Virus record (IMG/VR): IMGVR_UViG_3300035169_000077
Coordinates: 34,688 to 98,687 of that record
Strand: one strand, 5' to 3'
Source of the DNA: a virus
DNA length: 64,000 nucleotides
Positions 1 to 8,104 of this stretch are shown one piece after another. Each line of letters opens with the position of its first letter. Positions within the stretch are counted from its first letter, which is position 1. The notes below the pieces were generated by a model that ran no database searches, had not been told where the DNA came from, and worked only from the letters and a program-made list of their open reading frames with translations. The translations under genes were made by a program, and so were the position numbers.

Positions 1-312
1 CGGCGCTGTGCATGGTCCCGATCGCGGGCCCGCTGGCTTACGTCTTCTGGGTCGACAACGGGATGCTCACGTCGTCGCTGCTGGCCTGGGTTGAGGTGTC
101 CGGCCCGGTGCTGTCCACGCTGGCGATGCTGCGGCTCTGCTGGGTGTTCGCGCGTATCCACCGGGACGGCAACGGGCACGGCGGGCCTCGGGGCAACGGT
201 GACGGGTGATGCCCGCCGGGCACTGTGGCCCTTGCTCATCGCCGCCATCACCGTGACAGCGGTAGGGGTGGCAGTCCTCATCGCACTCGTCAGCCACTAG
301 CAAAGGGGCCTG

Positions 313-858
313 ATGGCACTCGCGGACCTGTCCGTCCTCGCCGCGCGGAAGAACGGCGGCTCGTTCCCCACGGGCTACCCGTCGTCGCCGCTCACGTTCT
401 ACAGCCCGGTCGACGATCTCCATGGCGCGCTCCTCGACGTGATGAACGCCGCGACGTCCAGCCTGGTCGTGGTGATGTACGGGCTGGATGATGACGAGCT
501 GGTGAAGCTGCTCCACGAGAAGCTCGACGATGAGCACTGCTTCGTGCAGCTCACCCTCGACTCCTCCCAGGCTGCCGGGAAGCACGAGGCGGCGCTGCTC
601 GCCAAGGACGTCTTCCCGTCGAACACGGTCGCCATAGGTCGCAGCGAACGGGGCGCGATCATCCACCTGAAAATGGTGGTCGCGGACGGAATCGACGTGA
701 TCACGGGGTCGACGAACTGGTCAGAGTCCGGGGAGTCGCTACAAGATAATGCCCTGATCATCATCAGGGACGCCCATGTCGCGGCAGAGGCTCGCACTAG
801 AGCGGACATCATTCACCAGACGATTCTCACGAGGGCCGCTGCCCTGCACGCCTCCTAG
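313..858 (+). CDS. Phospholipase D-family (single HKD, Nuc-like) protein
   Basis: HLKMVVAD (HxKxxxxD) followed by GSTNWS; AAGGGG upstream. Confidence 0.88.
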   Translation: MALADLSVLAARKNGGSFPTGYPSSPLTFYSPVDDLHGALLDVMNAATSSLVVVMYGLDDDELVKLLHEKLDDEHCFVQLTLDSSQAAGKHEAALLAKDVFPSNTVAIGRSERGAIIHLKMVVADGIDVITGSTNWSESGESLQDNALIIIRDAHVAAEARTRADIIHQTILTRAAALHAS

Positions 859-1339
859 CAACTGCCCGCCGCTCGTTCTCCCGCTTGGTCACCGGGTCAA
901 GGTGCTCGGGATTCACGCATGCCCGGACGCAGCAGAGGTGATCTAGGTGCTTCCCGGTCGGGATCGGGCCGACGTGCTGTTCGTACATCCAGCGGTGCGC
1001 CCGGAGGGTCTTGCCGTCTCGCCGTAGGGCGCCGTAACCGGTTTTGAGCATCGCTCGCGCCCAGATCCAGCAGGGCGTTTCGTAGCCCATGTCTTCGACT
1101 CGGTACAGCGGCTTGGTGTGGATACGCAGGAGTCCTTCGGATATAGCCCGGCGCGCCTCAGGCGAAAAGACCCTGCCGGTACCGGCGTCAGCGATAGCTG
1201 CCCGGTGCTCCGGCGTCAGCGATCGCCCGCGCATCTTCGATGCGCGGAGTTCCCGGATCTCTGGATTGGTCCACTGATGTCCTCGCAGGTAACGACCGCG
1301 AGTCGGATGTCCGCCGCAACCGCAAAGGCAATCTGACAT
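827..1339 (-). CDS. HNH homing endonuclease with NUMOD3-like DNA-binding repeats
   Basis: CLCGCG N-terminus, [12 protein letters not shown] / [13 protein letters not shown] repeats, CWIW...GYG...AHR...LDHLC...[13 protein letters not shown]; TATGCT 6 nt before ATG 1339. Confidence 0.9.
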   Translation of the reverse strand: MSDCLCGCGGHPTRGRYLRGHQWTNPEIRELRASKMRGRSLTPEHRAAIADAGTGRVFSPEARRAISEGLLRIHTKPLYRVEDMGYETPCWIWARAMLKTGYGALRRDGKTLRAHRWMYEQHVGPIPTGKHLDHLCCVRACVNPEHLDPVTKRENERRAVARRRAGQRPS

Positions 1340-1355
1340 GTCAAAAGCATACCAG

Positions 1356-2369
1356 CTAGCCGTCATTCGCAATGCCTTGGTGATCATCAGGGACCCGCAC
1401 GTGGCCGCTGAGGCGCGGACGCGGGCGGACATGATCCACCAGCATGTCCTGACGGCCGCGCGCCGGTAACTCCGCCTTGGGCTGCCTGCCCGAAGCCATC
1501 AATGCCCGGTCAAGGCACTCCGCGTAGTCGGGGGCGATCAGGTCGAACGCGGACAGGCCATTGCCGAACCAGTAGTCGTCCCAGTTCGCCGGGTCCATGC
1601 GCAGGCCGCCTAGGCTGCCGCGAAGGCCGGCCATCCCCAGTTCCCACTGCACGGGGCGGGGAAGGCCCCAGAACAGGTCCCGCGCCTCCTGCTCGCGGTG
1701 CTCGTCGCGGGCTTCCTCGTCATGCTGCGCCCATTCTTCCGGGGCCTCCCGCGCCCATTTCGGCCTCAGGTCGGTGCCCTCGGGCGGCTGCCATGCGGCC
1801 GCCCTGGGGTTCGGGAACTGATCGGCCGCCGAGTAGGACAGGACAACCGGCTCGTCATCGCGGGACCGGAGGAACGCGGTCACGTCCTCCCATGACTCAT
1901 GGCTTGGCCGGCCGCACCGCTCGCGGTAGCCGGTGTTGCGGCGGAACGTCCCCGCGTCCAGGCCCTCGTCGATCATCTCGGCGAGCCATGCCCGGTCGGC
2001 CCCCTCGCACCAGCAGTGGATCTCAGCCTGCCCGGCGATGCGGGCAGCGAGCCTCAGTGGGTTGTTACTGCCGGCGGCTGCCATCGCGGTGTTCAGCAGC
2101 AGCGTGAGCGAGTCGATCTCGCAGCCCTTCCACCACAGGACAGGCTCCGAGATGCGCAGCAGCGTCTCTACCGACTTCAGCCACGCGTCATCGTCACGGA
2201 ACCGCAGCCCCGGGTAGGGGTCGGGGGCGAGTTCGCGGCACAACGCGATGTGGCTCGGCATGTCGAGCACCGCAAGGGCGGCGTCCTTCACCAGGTTGTG
2301 CAGGTGATGGTGCTCGCCGCCCCAAAGCTCCGCGTCGCCCGACGGCGAGTGAAAGTAGACCCTGCTCAT
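1356..2369 (-). CDS. Hypothetical protein
   Basis: Long ORF; likely start MSRVYFHS at 2369, preceded by TAGGCT-N7. Confidence 0.7.
   Translation of the reverse strand: MSRVYFHSPSGDAELWGGEHHHLHNLVKDAALAVLDMPSHIALCRELAPDPYPGLRFRDDDAWLKSVETLLRISEPVLWWKGCEIDSLTLLLNTAMAAAGSNNPLRLAARIAGQAEIHCWCEGADRAWLAEMIDEGLDAGTFRRNTGYRERCGRPSHESWEDVTAFLRSRDDEPVVLSYSAADQFPNPRAAAWQPPEGTDLRPKWAREAPEEWAQHDEEARDEHREQEARDLFWGLPRPVQWELGMAGLRGSLGGLRMDPANWDDYWFGNGLSAFDLIAPDYAECLDRALMASGRQPKAELPARGRQDMLVDHVRPRPRLSGHVRVPDDHQGIANDG
1371..1469 (+). pseudogene. Displaced duplicate 3' end of the PLD gene
   Basis: Translates [32 protein letters not shown], 23/28 identical to the PLD C-terminus starting at 748. Confidence 0.9.
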
Positions 2370-2665
2370 GCCGGCAAGCCTAGGCGTTGAGAAGCGCGTT
2401 CGGACGGCTGCGACTGCGGGAAGAAGGCGGCACCGGGTGAGCCTCGCTGACGTCCTGTGGGCCGGTGCCGCTCTCCTGGCCCTCGCGGTCCTGACGGCGG
2501 TAGCCGACTGGCTCCGGGGTGGCCTGTGACCGCGAACGGCCAGTGGTGGCTCTGCCCCAACGAGCCGCGATGCCCTCACGCCGCCGTGGTGCACGACATC
2601 GAGGACTTCGACGACGAAACCCCGCGCTGCTGCGCCGAGGGCTGCGACTGCGGAAAGCGGGCCTA

Positions 2666-2896
2666 GTGTCGATCCTCCGGGACCTGTTCGGCCCGGGGAC
2701 GTGGGGTGCGGGTGGCAATCTCGCCGCCGCGCCGATCCTCGCGGTGATCAGCGGCGGCGTGGCGTGGCTGCTGCGGCACAAGATCGGCCGGGGACTCGCC
2801 GCCTGGTGGGCAAAGCACCACGGGCCGCACGCCATAGCCCAGCACCGTGAGGCGCTGCGGCAGCACGAGGAAGCCAAGCGGAGGGACGCGCAGTGA
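2666..2896 (+). CDS. Small membrane protein, candidate holin
   Basis: One hydrophobic segment plus basic tail; overlaps the endolysin start (GTGA). Confidence 0.5.
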   Translation: MSILRDLFGPGTWGAGGNLAAAPILAVISGGVAWLLRHKIGRGLAAWWAKHHGPHAIAQHREALRQHEEAKRRDAQ

Positions 2897-3651
2897 GCAT
2901 CACGATGTTCGACACGATCACCGAGTCCGCGTGGCCATCTGACCCGCAGGCGGTCCTCGGCTACGTGGACGGCCACGTAGGGGACCAGCCGGACTGGGCT
3001 TATGTTCAGCACCGGTTCCCGAACGCCTTCCACCTGTCGATCGCCCTGGACCCCGCGCACGACGCGATGGCCCTGGACATCGAGACGGGGGCGGCTTCCC
3101 CGTCGTCGGCGGTCGCCTGGTACGAGCGGCAGAAGGCCAGGGGTGTCGCCCGCCCTTGCCTGTACGCCTCCGCCTCCCTGATGGAGGCCACCATCATCCC
3201 GGTAGTCCGCGCGGCCAGGTTCCCCCGTGACCAGGTGCGGCTGTGGTCGGCGCACTACACGCACTCGGCTCACATTTGCGGGCCGTCATCCTGCGGGCTG
3301 ACGTCGGTCGCCGTGGACGGCACCCAGTGGACTGACCGGGCGTACGGCCGGAACCTCGATCAGTCGCTCCTGCTCGGCGACTTCTTCGGCGCGGCACCCA
3401 AGCCCCCGCCCGGGCATCCGTCGCCGTGGCCCGCTGGCACGGTACTCCGTGAGGGGGACTCCGGCGCTGCCGTCCGCGCCTTGCAGACGGCACTGAGCGA
3501 CTCCGGCATCAGGGGAGTACGGGGCATCACCGTTGACTCGGTGTTCGGGCAGCAGACCCTGACCGCTGTCCGGAACTTCCAGGCGGATAAGGGGCTGGCG
3601 GTAGACGGCATCGCCGGGCCTCAGGTTCGCGCAGCTCTCGGCATCCGGTGA
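2893..3651 (+). CDS. Endolysin: glycoside hydrolase (GH25-like) domain plus peptidoglycan-binding domain
   Basis: ALDIETG, CLYAS, LWSAHY, GTQWT; C-terminal LREGDSGAAVRALQ...FG..T..AVRNFQ...GLAVDGIAGP. Confidence 0.85.
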   Translation: MSITMFDTITESAWPSDPQAVLGYVDGHVGDQPDWAYVQHRFPNAFHLSIALDPAHDAMALDIETGAASPSSAVAWYERQKARGVARPCLYASASLMEATIIPVVRAARFPRDQVRLWSAHYTHSAHICGPSSCGLTSVAVDGTQWTDRAYGRNLDQSLLLGDFFGAAPKPPPGHPSPWPAGTVLREGDSGAAVRALQTALSDSGIRGVRGITVDSVFGQQTLTAVRNFQADKGLAVDGIAGPQVRAALGIR

Positions 3652-3932
3652 TCCCCGCCGCCGAGCGCGTCCTGGTCCAGCTGTGGTGGACGGACGCGAC
3701 GAACGTCGCCGGAGGCTGGCACGACGCCGAAGACCTCGGCGAGTTCGCCACTAACGGCGCATGGGAGTGCTCAAACACCGGCTGGCTGGTCCATGAGGAC
3801 GAGAAGTGCTACGTGCTGGCCGGGCGCATGACCGACGACGGGCGCAACGTCGGCCTCATCGAGCGGATCCCCAAGGCGGCGGTAACCCGAAGGGCCGACT
3901 TCACCAGGCCGCAAGCTGGGGAGGCGCGCTGA
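3648..3932 (+). CDS. Hypothetical phage protein
   Basis: Translationally coupled to neighbours; W-x-DA...GW pattern. Confidence 0.7.
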   Translation: MIPAAERVLVQLWWTDATNVAGGWHDAEDLGEFATNGAWECSNTGWLVHEDEKCYVLAGRMTDDGRNVGLIERIPKAAVTRRADFTRPQAGEAR

Positions 3933-4498
3933 TGACCGGAATCCCGCTCCGGATCGCCGAGCCGACAGGCCGCTACCAGCGGAGGCTCCGCCGGTTCACC
4001 TACGGGTCGAAGTCGGAATGCCCCGGATACCGGTACGGCCATGACGGGTCCGCCGTGATCGGCGAGGTACCCGGGGCTGAGCATGAGCCGGTTCGCGGCG
4101 ACAGCTGGCCGCACGACGATCCCCGCTGGCCTGCCGCGTGCGAGCGGTGCGGCCACCAGTTCGCGGACGCCGATGAGTGGCAGCGCAGCGACGACGAGGT
4201 GTTCAGGCTCCCCGACGGCACTGAGTTCGCCTTCACGGGCTCCCTCGGGATGGTCGCGCCTCCCGGGACGATGGTCCGCGCCGCCTGGTACGACGGGCAC
4301 GCTGGCCAGCCGGGCGAGTCCTGGCTGATCGCGCTCCCCGACGGCGGCGACTGGATAACCACCCAGGTCGCCAAGGGCGGGGGCTTCTGGACCGTGACGG
4401 GCACGGCACCGAACCTGACCGCGACGCCCTCGATCTTCCACAACGCCCCAACTGGGTGGCACGGCTGGCTGAGGGAAGGGGAGCTGGTTAGCGCATGA
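3932..4498 (+). CDS. Hypothetical protein, DUF6527-like C-terminus
   Basis: WTVTGTAPNLTATPSI...WHGWLREG; TGATG coupling. Confidence 0.6.
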   Translation: MTGIPLRIAEPTGRYQRRLRRFTYGSKSECPGYRYGHDGSAVIGEVPGAEHEPVRGDSWPHDDPRWPAACERCGHQFADADEWQRSDDEVFRLPDGTEFAFTGSLGMVAPPGTMVRAAWYDGHAGQPGESWLIALPDGGDWITTQVAKGGGFWTVTGTAPNLTATPSIFHNAPTGWHGWLREGELVSA

Positions 4499-4935
4499 GG
4501 CAGGCAGCACCGGATCCGGCACCGCTCGCCTACCTGGTGGAGCGGCTCTCGTACCGGCCCGGCTGGACGTTCAAGCTCGCGGACATCGACCGGGGGCAGG
4601 GCAGCGAGGGGCTGACCCTGATCATCACCACGCGCGGGTACGACAGCTACCACCCCGGTCGCGGCGAGAACTACCGGGTCAATCACTACATGCCAGTGCC
4701 GCCGGCCGCGTTCGATCACCGATCCTGGCAGCGATGGCTATTCGACCAGCTCCTCCTTGTCGAGCGGCACGAGGCCATGGAGTTCTTCCGCGTGCACGAC
4801 TCCCCGGGCAGCGAGCATGTCGTCCGCCCCTATGCGCCGTCGCATGGGCCGGGAAATGACCCGTACATCGTCCGGGAGATCGGCACCGGCATGGACCAGC
4901 GGACGTCGTTCCGGGGCGACGTCAACCCCCCGTGA
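4495..4935 (+). CDS. Hypothetical phage protein
   Basis: ATGA overlap with the upstream gene. Confidence 0.7.
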   Translation: MRQAAPDPAPLAYLVERLSYRPGWTFKLADIDRGQGSEGLTLIITTRGYDSYHPGRGENYRVNHYMPVPPAAFDHRSWQRWLFDQLLLVERHEAMEFFRVHDSPGSEHVVRPYAPSHGPGNDPYIVREIGTGMDQRTSFRGDVNPP

Positions 4936-5177
4936 CCATCACCCTGGCCCGCCGGGTAGCAGGCCCCGAGGACCTGGAACTACCGGGCGACTACTGCGGG
5001 CCGCTCCCTGAGCTTGAGGGCCCTGACCTCACCCCGTCCGGCAGGACCGCCGTGTGGCTGGTGGCCCCGGACGGGTCACCGGTACGGCTCGCCTCCCCGC
5101 CGTGGGAGTTCACCGAGGCTGAAGACGGGTCGCTGGAGATCACCGTGGCGGCCGGAACGCCCTCCCCGGCAGCCTGA
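4932..5177 (+). CDS. Hypothetical protein
   Basis: GTGA overlap; end of rightward run. Confidence 0.55.
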   Translation: MTITLARRVAGPEDLELPGDYCGPLPELEGPDLTPSGRTAVWLVAPDGSPVRLASPPWEFTEAEDGSLEITVAAGTPSPAA

Positions 5178-5448
5178 GCCAGGACGATCTCGCGCCCGCA
5201 GCAGATGGCGTGATCTTGCAGCGGAAGCCGGCCGGAGCGCGTCGACCACCAGCCGCGCGGATGAGTGCCCGCCGTGAACTCGATCCCGCACGCCGCCACC
5301 CGCACTTCCCCGCGAAAGCCGCCGTCGAAGCGGCGCACGATCAGGTGAGCAGATGTCGGCAACGCGGGGCCACCCGGATACATGGGGCTGAGGCCCATCG
5401 CCCACAGGTTGGGATCGTCGCTCATCCCGCCAGCCTAGGGCTACCTCG

Positions 5449-5555
5449 CAGGCCGGGCGGGACTTGAACGCCGCTCCTCAGGGCCTGGGCCGCCTCCGCT
5501 AGCGCGCTATCGCTCGGGCGCGGTTACCTGCGCTCTGCCGTTGAGCTACCGGCCT
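5449..5555 (-). ncRNA. tRNA-like RNA with expanded anticodon domain
   Basis: Acceptor AGGCCGG/CCGGCCT, TA, D arm GCTC-AACGGCA-GAGC, T loop TTCAAGT; ~44 nt between CAGG and CCTG instead of a 7-nt loop; no CCA. Confidence 0.75.
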
Positions 5556-5578
5556 GAGCCGACCCTACCCGGCCGGGG

Positions 5579-5992
5579 CTAGTCGACTAGCTTTCTTGAG
5601 GCCTCGCGTCGCCGCCATTCGCAGCGCCGCAGCGTGTGCTTGCGGAACAGCCGGTCCTCCCAGATGGCCCGCGCCCAGCGCCGCTCTCCCTTAACAGGCG
5701 ATTCAGGCACGGCGACCACGTCCGTCCCGCACGACTCGCACCGGCTCGGCCCTTCCCTCTCGCCAGTGCGGATGAGGAACGGCGCGGACTCGGCCAGCGA
5801 CGCCAGGTCCTCGGCGACCAGCGGCCCCTTGACGGGGTCAGCCTCCAGTTGCCGGAGCACGGCGGCGTAGTCCACGGCCGGGATGATCCCCTGCTCCAGG
5901 CCAGAGCGCAGGAACACGCCTCCTGGCGGGGCGTCCGGGTCCACGACGATCTTGAAGCCACTGAAAGCCCAGCCCTCATCCCCGGCGGTCAC
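5579..5992 (-). CDS. Hypothetical protein with CxxC
   Basis: ORF; TACGTT 6 nt upstream of GTG. Confidence 0.6.
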   Translation of the reverse strand: MTAGDEGWAFSGFKIVVDPDAPPGGVFLRSGLEQGIIPAVDYAAVLRQLEADPVKGPLVAEDLASLAESAPFLIRTGEREGPSRCESCGTDVVAVPESPVKGERRWARAIWEDRLFRKHTLRRCEWRRREASRKLVD

Positions 5993-6023
5993 CCGCCCAA
6001 CGTACCCCGGGAGGTGACGGCGC

Positions 6024-7406
6024 TTGACCTCACTCGTTTACGTCACCATCACGGGCCAGTTCCTCGGCGGCGATGAGACGCCCCTCTCCGGAACGGTGAC
6101 CTTCACCGCAAGCCAGGCTGTCTACTCGGCAGGCCAGGAGATCGTCACCCCTGATGTCCCGGTCGCCGCGCAGATCACGGACGGCGTCCTCCTGGCCGAG
6201 TCGGGCGGCGCGCTGCAGCTGCTCGCGACGGACCAGAGCGGCCTGACGTTCCTGACCTTGAGCGGGTTCTTCTACTGGACCGTGCGGGTAGTGGCCGGCG
6301 GAGTCACTGAGCCGTCATGGTCGTTCGGCCTGCCGTCGTCGCCATCGAGCGTCGACTTGTTCGCCCTCGCGAACAGGCCCTTCACCGCAGGCGGCGTCAC
6401 CTCGGTCACGGCAGCGGACACCTCGGTTGTCATCGGGGGAACGGGCACGGCCCCGACGGTGCGGACGGGCACGCTGGACGTGATCGCCACCCAGCATGCG
6501 CCGGCGGGTAACTGGTCGAACAACAGCCACAAGATCACGTCGCTGGCAAACGGGGCCTCCGCGCAGGACGCGGCGGCGTTCGGGCAGGTCCCCACCTCAG
6601 CGGGGAGCATCGGCGGCCTCCTCGCCGCAAGCAACCTCTCCGACGTCGCCAATGCCGGCACGGCCCGGACCAACCTGGGCCTGGGCAGCGCGGCGACTCA
6701 GGCTAGCAGCGCGTTCGACGCGGCCGGGGCGGCCTCCGCAGTGCTGGCGCTTGCCGCGCTGCGCGCCAATAACCTGTCGGACCTGGCCAGCGCGCCGACG
6801 GCCCGGACCAACCTGGGCCTCGGCGGGGCGGCCGTGATCGGCGTCCCGGTCTCCATCGCCAACGGCGGCACCGGGCAGACTGCCCAGCAGGCGGCACTCG
6901 ACGCGCTCGCGGGAGCGGTCACCACGGCCCAGTTCCTGCGGGGCAACGGCACGCACGTCGTACTGGGCGCGATCCAGGCCACCGACGTCCCCACCCTCAA
7001 CCAGAGCACCACGGGGACGGCCGCCAACTTCACCGGCGGGGCGACCGTGCCCGCCTATGTGGCCCCGCACGTGGCGACGCTCACCGACGCGGCGACGGTC
7101 GCGGTCAACGCGGCCCTCGGCAACGACTACCGGCTCCTCACCACGAGCGGGGTAGGCGCATCGCGGACAATCGGCGCACCCTCTAGCCCGGTCGACGGGC
7201 AGGCCATCACGATCGACGTCCAGCAGGCATCCAGCGGGGGCCCGTACACGGTCACCTGGGCATCAGGGGCGGGCGGCTACTCGTTCGGCACCGACGGCGC
7301 GCCGACGCTGAGCACCGGTGCTAACGCGGTCGACACGATCGGCTTCCGCTACCACGCCGGCCTCGGCAAGTGGATATGCCTCGGGTGGAAATTGGGATTC
7401 GCGTGA
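6024..7406 (+). CDS. Tail fibre / minor tail protein
   Basis: GGAGG RBS; Gly/Ala/Thr-rich; two NLSD(V/L)A...ARTNLGLG fibre repeats; ANGGTG motif. Confidence 0.8.
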   Translation: MTSLVYVTITGQFLGGDETPLSGTVTFTASQAVYSAGQEIVTPDVPVAAQITDGVLLAESGGALQLLATDQSGLTFLTLSGFFYWTVRVVAGGVTEPSWSFGLPSSPSSVDLFALANRPFTAGGVTSVTAADTSVVIGGTGTAPTVRTGTLDVIATQHAPAGNWSNNSHKITSLANGASAQDAAAFGQVPTSAGSIGGLLAASNLSDVANAGTARTNLGLGSAATQASSAFDAAGAASAVLALAALRANNLSDLASAPTARTNLGLGGAAVIGVPVSIANGGTGQTAQQAALDALAGAVTTAQFLRGNGTHVVLGAIQATDVPTLNQSTTGTAANFTGGATVPAYVAPHVATLTDAATVAVNAALGNDYRLLTTSGVGASRTIGAPSSPVDGQAITIDVQQASSGGPYTVTWASGAGGYSFGTDGAPTLSTGANAVDTIGFRYHAGLGKWICLGWKLGFA

Positions 7407-8104
7407 CGATCAGCTTCCCCGCGACCAGCGGCGACCACAGCGTCACGGCGGAGGCGAATCCGCTGGTGATCGCGCCGCCGGCGAATGTCGCCAACGGCGA
7501 CTTGCTCGTCGCATGGGTCATCGCCAGGACCGGGATCAGCAGCGCGCCGGGCAGCTGGACGGCGCTGCAGTCGTTCACCACCAACGGGACGTTCGCGGCG
7601 TACTCGCTGAAGGTCCCGACCGCGTCGGCGCTGCCCGCTAACTGGACGTGGACCCCGGCGTCGGCGCGGGCGAGCGTGATCATCCAGCGGGTGACCGGCA
7701 CCGACCTCACCGCCTCCGTCACCGTCGGCGGGACCTGCGGGGCGGGCACTGACGCCGGGTTCGGGACGACGTACTCGTCATTCCTGCCGATGCAGCTGCC
7801 CGGCATCACGCCACCGGACGCGTGGGCCGCCTGCGTCGGGACGTTCTTCACCGGGGACGCCAACACTCCCTCGGCGGACCTCGTGCCGGGCGGGACGCTG
7901 CTGGCGACGGCGACGACCACGAGCGCCGGGGCTGGCCGGTCGTCGTCGGGGATCTACGGCGCTGTCGCGGCCGGGCCGACCGGCACGATCGTGTGCGCGA
8001 ACGACTGGCCGGGCGCGCCCGGCGGCCAGGACGGCATCCTGCTCGGCTTCACCGCCGTGCGCGCCCCCGTGAAGAGCGGGCTGCTGATGGCGGGGGTCAT
8101 ATGA
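7403..8104 (+). CDS. Minor tail / fibre-associated beta-rich protein
   Basis: Coupled at both ends; NGDLLVAWV and GSW motifs typical of actinophage minor tail proteins. Confidence 0.6.
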   Translation: MTISFPATSGDHSVTAEANPLVIAPPANVANGDLLVAWVIARTGISSAPGSWTALQSFTTNGTFAAYSLKVPTASALPANWTWTPASARASVIIQRVTGTDLTASVTVGGTCGAGTDAGFGTTYSSFLPMQLPGITPPDAWAACVGTFFTGDANTPSADLVPGGTLLATATTTSAGAGRSSSGIYGAVAAGPTGTIVCANDWPGAPGGQDGILLGFTAVRAPVKSGLLMAGVI

